Assembly: GCF_008065095.1 (NCBI RefSeq)
Contig: NZ_CP042911.1
Coordinates: 1,170,001-1,202,000 of the forward strand
Reading direction: 5' to 3'
Source of the DNA: Gemmata obscuriglobus
Lineage (GTDB): Bacteria > Planctomycetota > Planctomycetia > Gemmatales > Gemmataceae
DNA length: 32,000 nt
The stretch's first letter is position 1, and each line of letters starts with the position of its first letter. This document shows positions 1-7,137 of the stretch, piece by piece. The translations under genes and the position numbers were made by a program. The notes under the pieces were generated by a model. The model did not search any database. It was not told the origin of the DNA and saw only the letters and a list, made by a program, of their open reading frames with translations.

Positions 1-23
1 ACCGTCGCTGGCGAACGGGACCG

Positions 24-278
24 GTGAGCTTGGACGGCATGTTCCCGAGCAGCGAGCCTGCTGTGGTTGAGTTTACACCGAAGCCAATTGCTCACACGCC
101 GGGCTTAATTGGCAGCTTACGAACATCCGTCGCAATGACGGTCGCAAGTCTAGCAATCGGTATTGGGCAATTCGTAGTCGGAGAGAACGCGCTCGCGGTG
201 GGTTTTTTACTTCTGGCGGTAGTCGGAGTGATGACGACATCTTTTCTTCGCGGCGTTAGTAAGAGAAGATCAGCCTAA
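24..278 (+). CDS. hypothetical small membrane protein (two hydrophobic segments); 5' end uncertain
   Basis: ORF-track ORF with a GTG start. The frame stays open back to the window edge, so the true start may lie upstream or at ATG 39. Hydrophobic stretches VAMTVASLAIGIGQFVV and AVGFLLLAVVGVMTTSF. Lies in a low-GC island. No recognisable family. Confidence 0.35.
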   Translation: MSLDGMFPSSEPAVVEFTPKPIAHTPGLIGSLRTSVAMTVASLAIGIGQFVVGENALAVGFLLLAVVGVMTTSFLRGVSKRRSA

Positions 279-294
279 GCCCGTCCACGGCGTT

Positions 295-765
295 ATGATG
301 TCGCCCAACTCTTCGTTCAGGCTATTGCTGGTCGTTCTCACAGTGTGCGTGGCCGTTGCAGCCGCTGTGAGCCTTCTGCCACCCGAGCAATTGGCATTTT
401 TCGAGAGCATACCTGCAAAACGCTGGCTGACCGGTTTCTTGGCAATCAATCTAGCTGCCGCGGCATCAATCGTTTACTTTTATCTCGTTTTGCCTTCGCC
501 ACCCCGGTTCGCTTCCACAATGGCATTCCTGGGGATCGGAGTAATATCCGCCATGATTGCCGGGACCGCTCTGCGCCCGGACGAGTTCACGTTCGCTTTC
601 AATCACGAGCGTGGCTTTCCTGAGCTAAAGGTGAAATTCGGTGGGCTGAACGGATGGAGCGTGCTCCTCGGCTTTGGATTGTTGCTCTTTATTTTCTTTA
701 TCGTTCGATTTTATCCTGAGGAATACTACCGGCACTACAGGAAGTCATCCGTCACGGATAAGTAA
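295..765 (+). CDS. hypothetical integral membrane protein (about 4 TM segments)
   Basis: 156-aa ORF with four long hydrophobic stretches (LLLVVLTVCVAVAAAVSLL, LTGFLAINLAAAASIVYFYLVL, MAFLGIGVISAMIAGTAL, WSVLLGFGLLLFIFFIV). AT-rich codon usage, unlike the rest of the window. No family recognised. Confidence 0.5.
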   Translation: MMSPNSSFRLLLVVLTVCVAVAAAVSLLPPEQLAFFESIPAKRWLTGFLAINLAAAASIVYFYLVLPSPPRFASTMAFLGIGVISAMIAGTALRPDEFTFAFNHERGFPELKVKFGGLNGWSVLLGFGLLLFIFFIVRFYPEEYYRHYRKSSVTDK

Positions 766-1077
766 AAGCGAATGAAAGAATAAGTTTCTCTTACCCCCGC
801 GGGGACCGACCCACGCCGTTCACCACCACCGCCGTTGCGAGCACCTGGAACAAGTTGCTCTTCTCGTCCACGATCGGGCCGCAGTTGCTCACCTCACACA
901 CGGCAACCTCGCTCACCCCTGCGAGTCGCTACCGGTTGAGCGGGATCGTCACGAGCCGGGGGGAACCCGGTGAGGTTCGCGGCCCGGTGTGCTTCTCGCC
1001 GTGGCTCCTCCCGTCCCCGAGCAGCATCACCGCGACCGGGTAGCCCCGCCCGTCCGCCCGTGTCCGCCGGCGGGTAG

Positions 1078-1242
1078 CGCGCCCATCACCGGCCCTCTTG
1101 CGTTGGAAGCGGCGTCAGTCGCACCGGGCTGCGTGCGGTGCCATCAGGTGAGTAGGGGGACGGTCCGCGCGGACACTGCGACCGCCCCCCCCCCCCCCCC
1201 CGCGGGCGATCCGGGCGCGTCCCGCGGGCACAGCGGTAACGG
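1078..1242 (+). repeat. truncated copy (first ~165 nt) of a ~480-bp dispersed non-coding repeat (copy C)
   Basis: Aligns by eye with 2706-2870 (same orientation) and with the reverse complement of 18820-18983. Shared blocks: ccatcaccg.ccctctt, gcgtgcggtgccatcaggtgagtagg.ggacggt.cgcgcg, gcgatccgggcgcgtc. Confidence 0.7.
1185..1201 (+). repeat. C17 homopolymer (G17 on minus strand) inside repeat copy C
   Basis: Direct count of 17 consecutive C. The other two repeat copies have aactccct / aactccc at this position. Confidence 0.95.
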
Positions 1243-1292
1243 CCTTTTGCGGGCCGTTCGGGGGGCGGCACATTCGGGCCGCCGCCGCGGAG

Positions 1293-2303
1293 TCACCAAG
1301 TCGCGTCCGCGAAGTCGCCGCGGTCCGGGGTCATTGCGAACCACCACGCCGCAGCGGACACCCCTTCCGAGACGAACCGGACGCTCCCGTCCGCCAGCCC
1401 CCCGTGGATGCCGCCCGGGTGCTCTGCGCTGGCGTTCGTCATGCACACCGAAAGCTGTTTCGGCCAGCCGGAGCCGTTGACGGGGCGGATGTTCGTTTCG
1501 CAGTACGACTGGGTCGGCCGCACAACGAACTTGGCGGTCGAGTAGTCGACCGGCGTCTGCTGCTCGTTCACCGCCCCCGCGTCGTAGCCGAAGTGGCTCA
1601 CGTCGACCATGTTGGCGAAGATCATATTTCCCGCCAGCGAGGCCAGGTACGGGCGCTGGTACAGCTCCCCCGGTATCGCCCGTGCGAGCTTTTCCGACGT
1701 GATGAGCGTGTTCGAGGTGCCGTCGGGAATCCCCGCCGGGTACCGGCGGTACGAGATCGACTTGGGGTTGTACAGCCAGGGCTCGTTGCCCGGGGCGCTG
1801 GCGACCAGGAAATTCGTGGCGTAGCTGCCGAACGTGTGCAGCCCCTCAACGCCCCCGCTCGGGACGGTCGAGTCGACCGGGCAGGTGTACGCCGGGAACG
1901 GTTTGTTCGCCATCCCGGACCGCCCCGGGATCGACGGGTAACCGACGGTCCCGGGTTGCGCCCACGCGCACCGCGACACGATGTTGTAGTAAATCGGCCT
2001 GCACAAGTGCTCGTCGTGGACGTTCTGCCCCTCCACGTACGGGAGCAGGTGAAAGAAGACGCTGCCGTGATCCCCGGGAACAGTCGGGTACCAGTGGTTG
2101 ATCGGGATCTTCCCGTCGTTCGTGTCACAGCAGTTAATGAACGCCAGACCGATCTGCTTGAGGTTGTTCCGGCACTTCATTGCCGCGGCGGCCCCGCGGA
2201 CTTTTTGGACGGCCGGTAGCAGCAGCCCAATCAGGACGGCGATGATAGCGATCACCACCAACAGTTCGATGAGCGTAAAACCGGGGCGACGCGGCGAAAC
2301 CAT
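1293..2303 (-). CDS. DUF1559 family protein with prepilin-type N-terminal cleavage/methylation domain (H-X9-DG protein)
   Basis: N-terminus [37 protein letters not shown]-terminal [16 protein letters not shown] matches H-X9-DG. GGGAG lies 9 nt upstream of ATG 2303; the ORF-track GTG at 2333 is 10 codons further upstream. Confidence 0.9.
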   Translation of the reverse strand: MVSPRRPGFTLIELLVVIAIIAVLIGLLLPAVQKVRGAAAAMKCRNNLKQIGLAFINCCDTNDGKIPINHWYPTVPGDHGSVFFHLLPYVEGQNVHDEHLCRPIYYNIVSRCAWAQPGTVGYPSIPGRSGMANKPFPAYTCPVDSTVPSGGVEGLHTFGSYATNFLVASAPGNEPWLYNPKSISYRRYPAGIPDGTSNTLITSEKLARAIPGELYQRPYLASLAGNMIFANMVDVSHFGYDAGAVNEQQTPVDYSTAKFVVRPTQSYCETNIRPVNGSGWPKQLSVCMTNASAEHPGGIHGGLADGSVRFVSEGVSAAAWWFAMTPDRGDFADATW

Positions 2304-2591
2304 CGGCACTTGACTCCCGAAAAGCCGGACCACTGTTCATGACGTAATATCGTCCCGTAAAGGTAACCGTCTTGTCGATCGGACGCAATGCGCTTCACGA
2401 CTTCGCGCGGCGCGGCTCTGCTACCTGGCAAGCCCGTCGGTCACGCACCTTCAGCTCCCGATCGCGGTCGCTCTCCCTGAGCCCTCCGGATCTGCCACCC
2501 GCGTCGCGCCCTCCCTGGTACACGTGCCCGGTGGTCGTGCCGCTTTGTTGACGAGCCGTGAACGCCCGGACGCGGGGCACGAACGCGCGAT

Positions 2592-2694
2592 GGAAAGGCC
2601 AAACAGTTTTGACAGGATGAACAGGATGAACAGGATTTGAAATCGCTCTGTCTTCATCCTGTCTATCCTGTCGATCCTGTCAAAAACGGCCTTC
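2592..2694. repeat. long imperfect hairpin H1: arms carry three 9-bp units (NNACAGGAT), 19-nt loop
   Basis: Left arm ggaaaggcc..ttttgacaggatgaacaggatgaacaggat (2592-2636). Right arm atcctgtctatcctgtcgatcctgtcaaaaacggccttcc (2656-2694). The ACAGGAT cores pair perfectly and the 2-nt unit junctions mismatch. AT-rich relative to its surroundings. Confidence 0.85.
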
Positions 2695-2705
2695 CGAAAC
2701 GTCCG

Positions 2706-3185
2706 CCTCACCGACACTCTTCAACCGGACGTGACATCAACCGGATCGCGTGCGGTGCCATCAGGTGAGTAGGGGGACGGTCCGCGCGGGCACCGCGACC
2801 GAACTCCCTCCGGCGATCCGGGCGCGTCTCGCTCATGTCGGCTGTAACGGGGGTTACAGGGCACCAGAAGCTGGCGATGGGGCCACGACTGGACATCCGC
2901 GGGGCCTCGGACTGCCGATTCGCTACCCGCTCGCTGGGGAGCCGCTACCAGCGAATCGTGCCCGCAAAACCCGGAGAACGCCCCCGGTGAACGCGGAACG
3001 GCTCACGGGTTCGACGGGCGGATGTGTCGCAACGTGTTATCGGAGTGCTGGTTGCGGCCGAAACGTGTTGGGGTGTGGGTTTCCGCTGTCGGACGAGAAC
3101 CAGGGCCGACAGCCCCACACGGGCCGGGAAAACTTCCGGAAGCGGCGTTTGAGGGGAATGCGATCGGGATGTGCGGGGTGTGCCG
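2706..3185 (+). repeat. full-length copy A of the ~480-bp dispersed non-coding repeat
   Basis: Collinear by eye with the reverse complement of 18496-18983, roughly 85-90% identity with small indels. Begins 12 nt after hairpin H1. All reading frames are R/P/G-rich and lose frame between copies. Confidence 0.8.
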
Positions 3186-3393
3186 GGCTTACGACTGGAA
3201 GTCACACAGTGTGCGCAGCGGCTCTGATGGACCTGATGAACGAGGCCAGCTTCACCATGAATGTGCGAAACACAAACTGCCAGCGAGCGACCCGCCCGCA
3301 GAGGAATGAACGCGGGCCGGAGTCGAGGGTTCGCGTGCGGGAGGTGAAGCAGACCAACCGGGACGGGGGGTGCGGCATGACGGAACGGGGACG

Positions 3394-3423
3394 AAAAAAG
3401 CCGCCGCCCGTGCGGGCGGCGGC
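3394..3423 (-). terminator. intrinsic terminator downstream of the EF-G gene
   Basis: On the minus strand: GCCGCCGCCCG / CGGGCGGCGGC stem (about 10 bp, GC-only) followed by TTTTTT. Lies 29 nt after the stop at 3452. Confidence 0.75.
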
Positions 3424-3451
3424 TCGTGTCGGGCACGGTGTGCTCAACGGG

Positions 3452-5611
3452 TTACTTCTTGGCGTCGGGCTTCGGGATGTCGGCCAGTTCGACCGGCACC
3501 GCGGCGTAGTGGCTGAACTCCATCGAGAAGCTCGCCTGGCCCTTGGTCGCCGAGCGGAGGTCGTTGGTGTACCCGAACAGGTTCGCCAGCGGCACCTTCG
3601 CCACCACCTGGGCGACGCCGCCGTCCTCACTCGTCTCCTCGATCACGCCGCGCTTCGAGCTGATGTTGCCGGAGATCTGGCCCTGGTAGTCCTTCGGGGA
3701 CACCACCACGACCTTCATGATCGGCTCGCGCAGCTCGATGCCGCCCCGCTCCTGGGCCTCGCGGAAGGCTTCCAGGGCGCACAGGTAGAACGCGTCCTGC
3801 GAGGAGTCCACGTCGTGCATCTTCCCGAAGTGCAGGTCGAACTCCAGGTCCACGAACGGGAACGGGTACTTGTACCCCTTCTTCGCGCCTTCCCGGAGCC
3901 CCTCCTCCACGCTCGGGATGTACTGCTTGTCGATGGCCCCTTGCGTGATGCTGTTCTTGAAGTACACGCTGTTCGGGTCCGGCTTGACCTTCGGGTCGCC
4001 CAGCTCCTCGATCTCCTTGACCTTCTCCTCGATCTGCTCGGGGGTGAGCGGGCTGTACTTCACCGAGATCACGGCGAACTTACCGCGACCGCCCGTTTGC
4101 TTCTGGAACTTGTACTCGAAGTCCACCTGCCGGGCGAGGCACTGGCGGTACGCCACCCGCGGCTTGCCCAGCGTGATGAGCTTGGTGTCCTCCTGGGGCA
4201 CGCCCACCGCGCGCTTCAGCTTCTCGATGGAGATTTCCAGGTGCAGCTCGCCCATCCCGCTGATGATGGTGTCCTTGGTCTCCTCGTCCGTGTGCGTCTT
4301 CAAAGTGGGGTCGTCCCGCACGAGGCGGTTCAGCGCCTCGCCCACCTTGCCGCTGTCCAGCGTCTTGCTGAACGAGAGCGCCTGCGACACCACCGGCTTC
4401 GGGAACTGGATGGCTTCCAGGGCGATCGGCTGGTCCGGGTCGCACAGGGTGTTACCCGTGTACGTCTCGGACAGGCCCATCGCGGCGACGATGTCGCCCG
4501 GGTTGGCCTTCTCCAGCGCGACCCGCTTGTCGCCCATCATGCGGTAGAACCGCGCGATGCGCTCCTTGCGGCCGTTGGTGGTGTTCGTGTACGTCTCGCC
4601 GGGCTTCATCTCGCCCGAGTACACGCGGATGTACACGAGGTCGCCGTTCACCTCGGCGACCGTCTTGAACGCCAGCGCGCTCATCGGCTCGGCGGCGTCC
4701 GGCTTCCGCTTGAGCGCCTCCTTGGTCTTCGGGTGCAGCCCGTCCACCGGCGGCCGGTCGAGCGGCGACGGCAGGCAGTCCACCACGAGGTCCAGCAGGT
4801 GCTGCACGCCGTGGAACATCTTCGAGCTGCCGCAGTGGACCGGCGTGAAGATGTTCTCCAGCGTCCCCTTGCGGAGCGCGGCCCGGATCATCGGGATCGG
4901 GACTTCCTTCTCTTCGAGGATCAGCTCGGTGATCTCGTCGGACGCGGCGGACACGCCGTCGAGCATCTGCACCCGGCGCTTCTTGGCCTCCTCGAGGTAC
5001 TTCTCGGGCACGTCGGTGGTGAAGAACTTCCGGTGCGTCTTGTCGTTCAGGTCGCGGGTGATGAGCTTCATCTCGATCAGGTCGATGATGCCCTCCAGCG
5101 CGCTGTCCTGGCCGGCCGGGATGGTGACCACCACCGGGTTGGCGCGGAGCTTGGTCTTCATCTGCTCGACGCAGCCCCAGAAGTTGGCGCCCATGCGGTC
5201 CAACTTGTTGACGTACGCGAGCCGCGGGACCTTGTACTTGGTCGCCTGGCGCCACACCGTCTCCGACTGCACCTCGACGCCGCCCTTGGCGCAGAACACG
5301 CCGACGGCGCCGTCGAGCACGCGCAGCGACCGCTCCACCTCGGCCGTGAAGTCCACGTGGCCGGGGGTGTCGATGATGTTGATGGCGATCGGCTCGTTCT
5401 TGCGGTCGGCCCAGTCGATGGACACGGCCGCCGAGTTGATCGTGATCCCCTTCTGGCGCTCGAGCGGGTCGAAGTCGGTGGTGGTGTCCCCGTCGTCGAC
5501 GTCGCCGACCTTGTGCTTGGTGCCGCTGTAGTACAGGATCCGCTCCGTAGTGGTGGTTTTACCAGCGTCCACGTGAGCCATGATCCCGATGTTGCGTACT
5601 TTGTCGAGCAT
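3452..5611 (-). CDS. fusA: elongation factor G family GTPase (stand-alone; principal fusA or a paralogue cannot be decided)
   Basis: 719 aa. G1 AHVDAGKTT, RQKGITI, G3 DTPGHVDF, G4 NKLD, and full-length EF-G domain order through the C-terminal GYTNDLRSATKGQASFSMEF. Confidence 0.92.
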   Translation of the reverse strand: MLDKVRNIGIMAHVDAGKTTTTERILYYSGTKHKVGDVDDGDTTTDFDPLERQKGITINSAAVSIDWADRKNEPIAINIIDTPGHVDFTAEVERSLRVLDGAVGVFCAKGGVEVQSETVWRQATKYKVPRLAYVNKLDRMGANFWGCVEQMKTKLRANPVVVTIPAGQDSALEGIIDLIEMKLITRDLNDKTHRKFFTTDVPEKYLEEAKKRRVQMLDGVSAASDEITELILEEKEVPIPMIRAALRKGTLENIFTPVHCGSSKMFHGVQHLLDLVVDCLPSPLDRPPVDGLHPKTKEALKRKPDAAEPMSALAFKTVAEVNGDLVYIRVYSGEMKPGETYTNTTNGRKERIARFYRMMGDKRVALEKANPGDIVAAMGLSETYTGNTLCDPDQPIALEAIQFPKPVVSQALSFSKTLDSGKVGEALNRLVRDDPTLKTHTDEETKDTIISGMGELHLEISIEKLKRAVGVPQEDTKLITLGKPRVAYRQCLARQVDFEYKFQKQTGGRGKFAVISVKYSPLTPEQIEEKVKEIEELGDPKVKPDPNSVYFKNSITQGAIDKQYIPSVEEGLREGAKKGYKYPFPFVDLEFDLHFGKMHDVDSSQDAFYLCALEAFREAQERGGIELREPIMKVVVVSPKDYQGQISGNISSKRGVIEETSEDGGVAQVVAKVPLANLFGYTNDLRSATKGQASFSMEFSHYAAVPVELADIPKPDAKK

Positions 5612-6549
5612 CGTCGTGCGGCCGGGGTGTTTGTCCGGCTCCTTCCAAAAGGGTGCGAACCGCTCGGAGTGAGGGGTTCAAGCGAACCGCGCGGCCGGTC
5701 GCCGCGTAGCCCCGCTCCGAGGTTAGACGCGGTCGACCGGGAACGGGTTCAGCGATTGTCGCCGTTTCCGGTGCCCGGGGGGCGTGACCGGCGCGTCGCG
5801 CCGAGAGCAATATTGTATCGTATCGCAGAACAAACGCGCGTCCAGTCCGGCCCTTATGAAGGGTGGGTGAAACCTCCGGACTACCTCGTCCGGTGCCGCC
5901 GCGCTGGTACTTCGGGCGGCGGTGCACTACCGCGGCGGCTGGGGCGCGCGGCCCTTCTGGAGTCCCGCACGCCACGGCTCGCAAATGGGGCCGTGGTCCC
6001 GGCCGGTCGGTCGGGCGCCCGCGGCCCGGAGGGTCAGGGCCGGCGCGGGGGGCGCGGCCGGGGCGATCCATTCGCTGCGACCGTTCACACGCCGGCGCGT
6101 GGGGCGTCGTGGCCCGCGGTGCCACGCGGGCACACCGCGGCTGCGCCGTGCGGTTCACACTCACAATCCAGTCGAAACATCTCCGGCGCCATGCACCCCG
6201 ACCCGGCCGACCGATTCAACCCGTTTGCGCTGTTGGAATTGGAACGCGGCGCGGCGCGAACCCGTTGCCCCGCCTCAGCCCCTCAGCCGCTTCGGGCTCG
6301 AGGGCCGGAGTGCGACCGGATTAACGATCGTGAGCAAATTTGCCAGAGTCGCACACGAAAATACGGATGCGTCAGCGCGACCCGGGCGAACGGATTCACG
6401 ATCCGGCCTGTGATCGTCCCGAAAGCGGCCACTCCATGCATATCTAATAGACCATATCAACTACCACATGCGAGCCCATTTTATCTCGTGCCGGAGCGGG
6501 CAACTTTCATTTGTTAGCGCCGATGCTTGGTGTTAGCGGCGTTGACAGT

Positions 6550-6576
6550 GCGCCCGTTCTTTTTCATCGCGGGCGC
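6550..6576 (+). promoter_or_regulatory. leader stem-loop 25 nt upstream of cheW-1
   Basis: GCGCCCG (6550-6556) pairs with CGGGCGC (6570-6576), with a T-rich 13-nt loop. A hairpin of different sequence occupies the homologous position upstream of cheW-2. Confidence 0.4.
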
Positions 6577-6600
6577 GGACTTTTACCTCCACAGTGAAGA

Positions 6601-7089
6601 ATGCACACCAACGAGACTGACGGCCCGCCGTCTCTCCCGTCCGGCAGCGGCCAGTTCCTGACGTTCCGGCTGCGGGACGAGGAGTACGGGGTGGACCTGC
6701 TGCGGGTGCAGGAGATCAAGGGGTACTCGAAGGTGACGGCGCTCCCGAACACCCCGCCCGAGGTGCGCGGGGTGCTGAACATGCGCGGGGCGGTGATCCC
6801 GATCGTGGACCTGCGGGCCCGGTTCGGGCTGGCCCTGACCGAGTACACCCCGTTCACCGTGATCATCGTGGTGACCGTGGGCGACAAGACCGTCGGGCTG
6901 CTGGTGGACGCGGTCAGTGACGTGCTCAACGTGGGGGCGGACGAGACGGTGCCGCCCCCGGACCTGGGCGCCCACGCGGACGCCGCGCTGCTCACCGGGA
7001 TCGCCCGGGACGGGCACCGGCTCGTGTCCCTCATCAACATCGACCGGCTGGTGGGGGTCACCACCGCCGAGCCCGCGCTGCCGGCCTGA
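6601..7089 (+). CDS. cheW: chemotaxis coupling protein CheW (copy 1)
   Basis: QFLTFRLRDEEYGVDLLRVQEIKGY..PNTPPEVRGVLNMRGAVIPIVDLRARFGL..VGLLVDAVSDVL is the canonical single CheW domain, 162 aa. Confidence 0.92.
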   Translation: MHTNETDGPPSLPSGSGQFLTFRLRDEEYGVDLLRVQEIKGYSKVTALPNTPPEVRGVLNMRGAVIPIVDLRARFGLALTEYTPFTVIIVVTVGDKTVGLLVDAVSDVLNVGADETVPPPDLGAHADAALLTGIARDGHRLVSLINIDRLVGVTTAEPALPA

Positions 7090-7137
7090 CCGTGCCGCCC
7101 GGCGGGGCGCGGAAGGGGGCCGCCGCCGGGCGCCGCG

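Noticed and set aside
790-1075. Minus-strand protein-like frames (..GYPVAVMLLGDGRSHGEKHTG.., ..CEVSNCGPIVDEKSNLFQVLATAVVVNGVG..) as a gene or pseudogene.
   Set aside because: Interrupted by stops and frame changes, with no recognisable family and no start. There is not enough evidence to annotate it even as a pseudogene, so it is mentioned only under the low-GC island finding.
2706-3185. Possible protein-coding, or group II intron 5' end (GTGCG at about 2749), interpretation of the 480-bp repeat.
   Set aside because: Frames are R/P/S-rich and shift between copies A and B. No domain V-like hairpin, no reverse transcriptase or maturase ORF, and no intron-like 3' end could be found. GTGCG alone is uninformative at this GC content.
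2750-6517. 1255-aa plus-strand ORF, plus many other long ORFs antisense to or out of frame with EF-G, the MCPs, DUF1501, the PPC protein, DUF1549/1553, the WD40 protein and the S9 peptidase (for example 8229-10307, 10684-12408, 12594-14723, 15389-18430, 20510-23560, 23716-26493, 26353-28542, 28745-31723).
   Set aside because: All are R/G/P/A/H/L-rich low-complexity translations, typical of off-frame or antisense reading of ~70% GC coding DNA where stop codons are rare. Each overlaps an ORF with clear family motifs and a start context.
6542-6570. TTGACA hexamer as the -35 of a cheW-1 promoter.
   Set aside because: No acceptable -10 at 16-18-nt spacing (catcgc / tcatcg), and the site overlaps the leader hairpin. 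Kept only as a remark.
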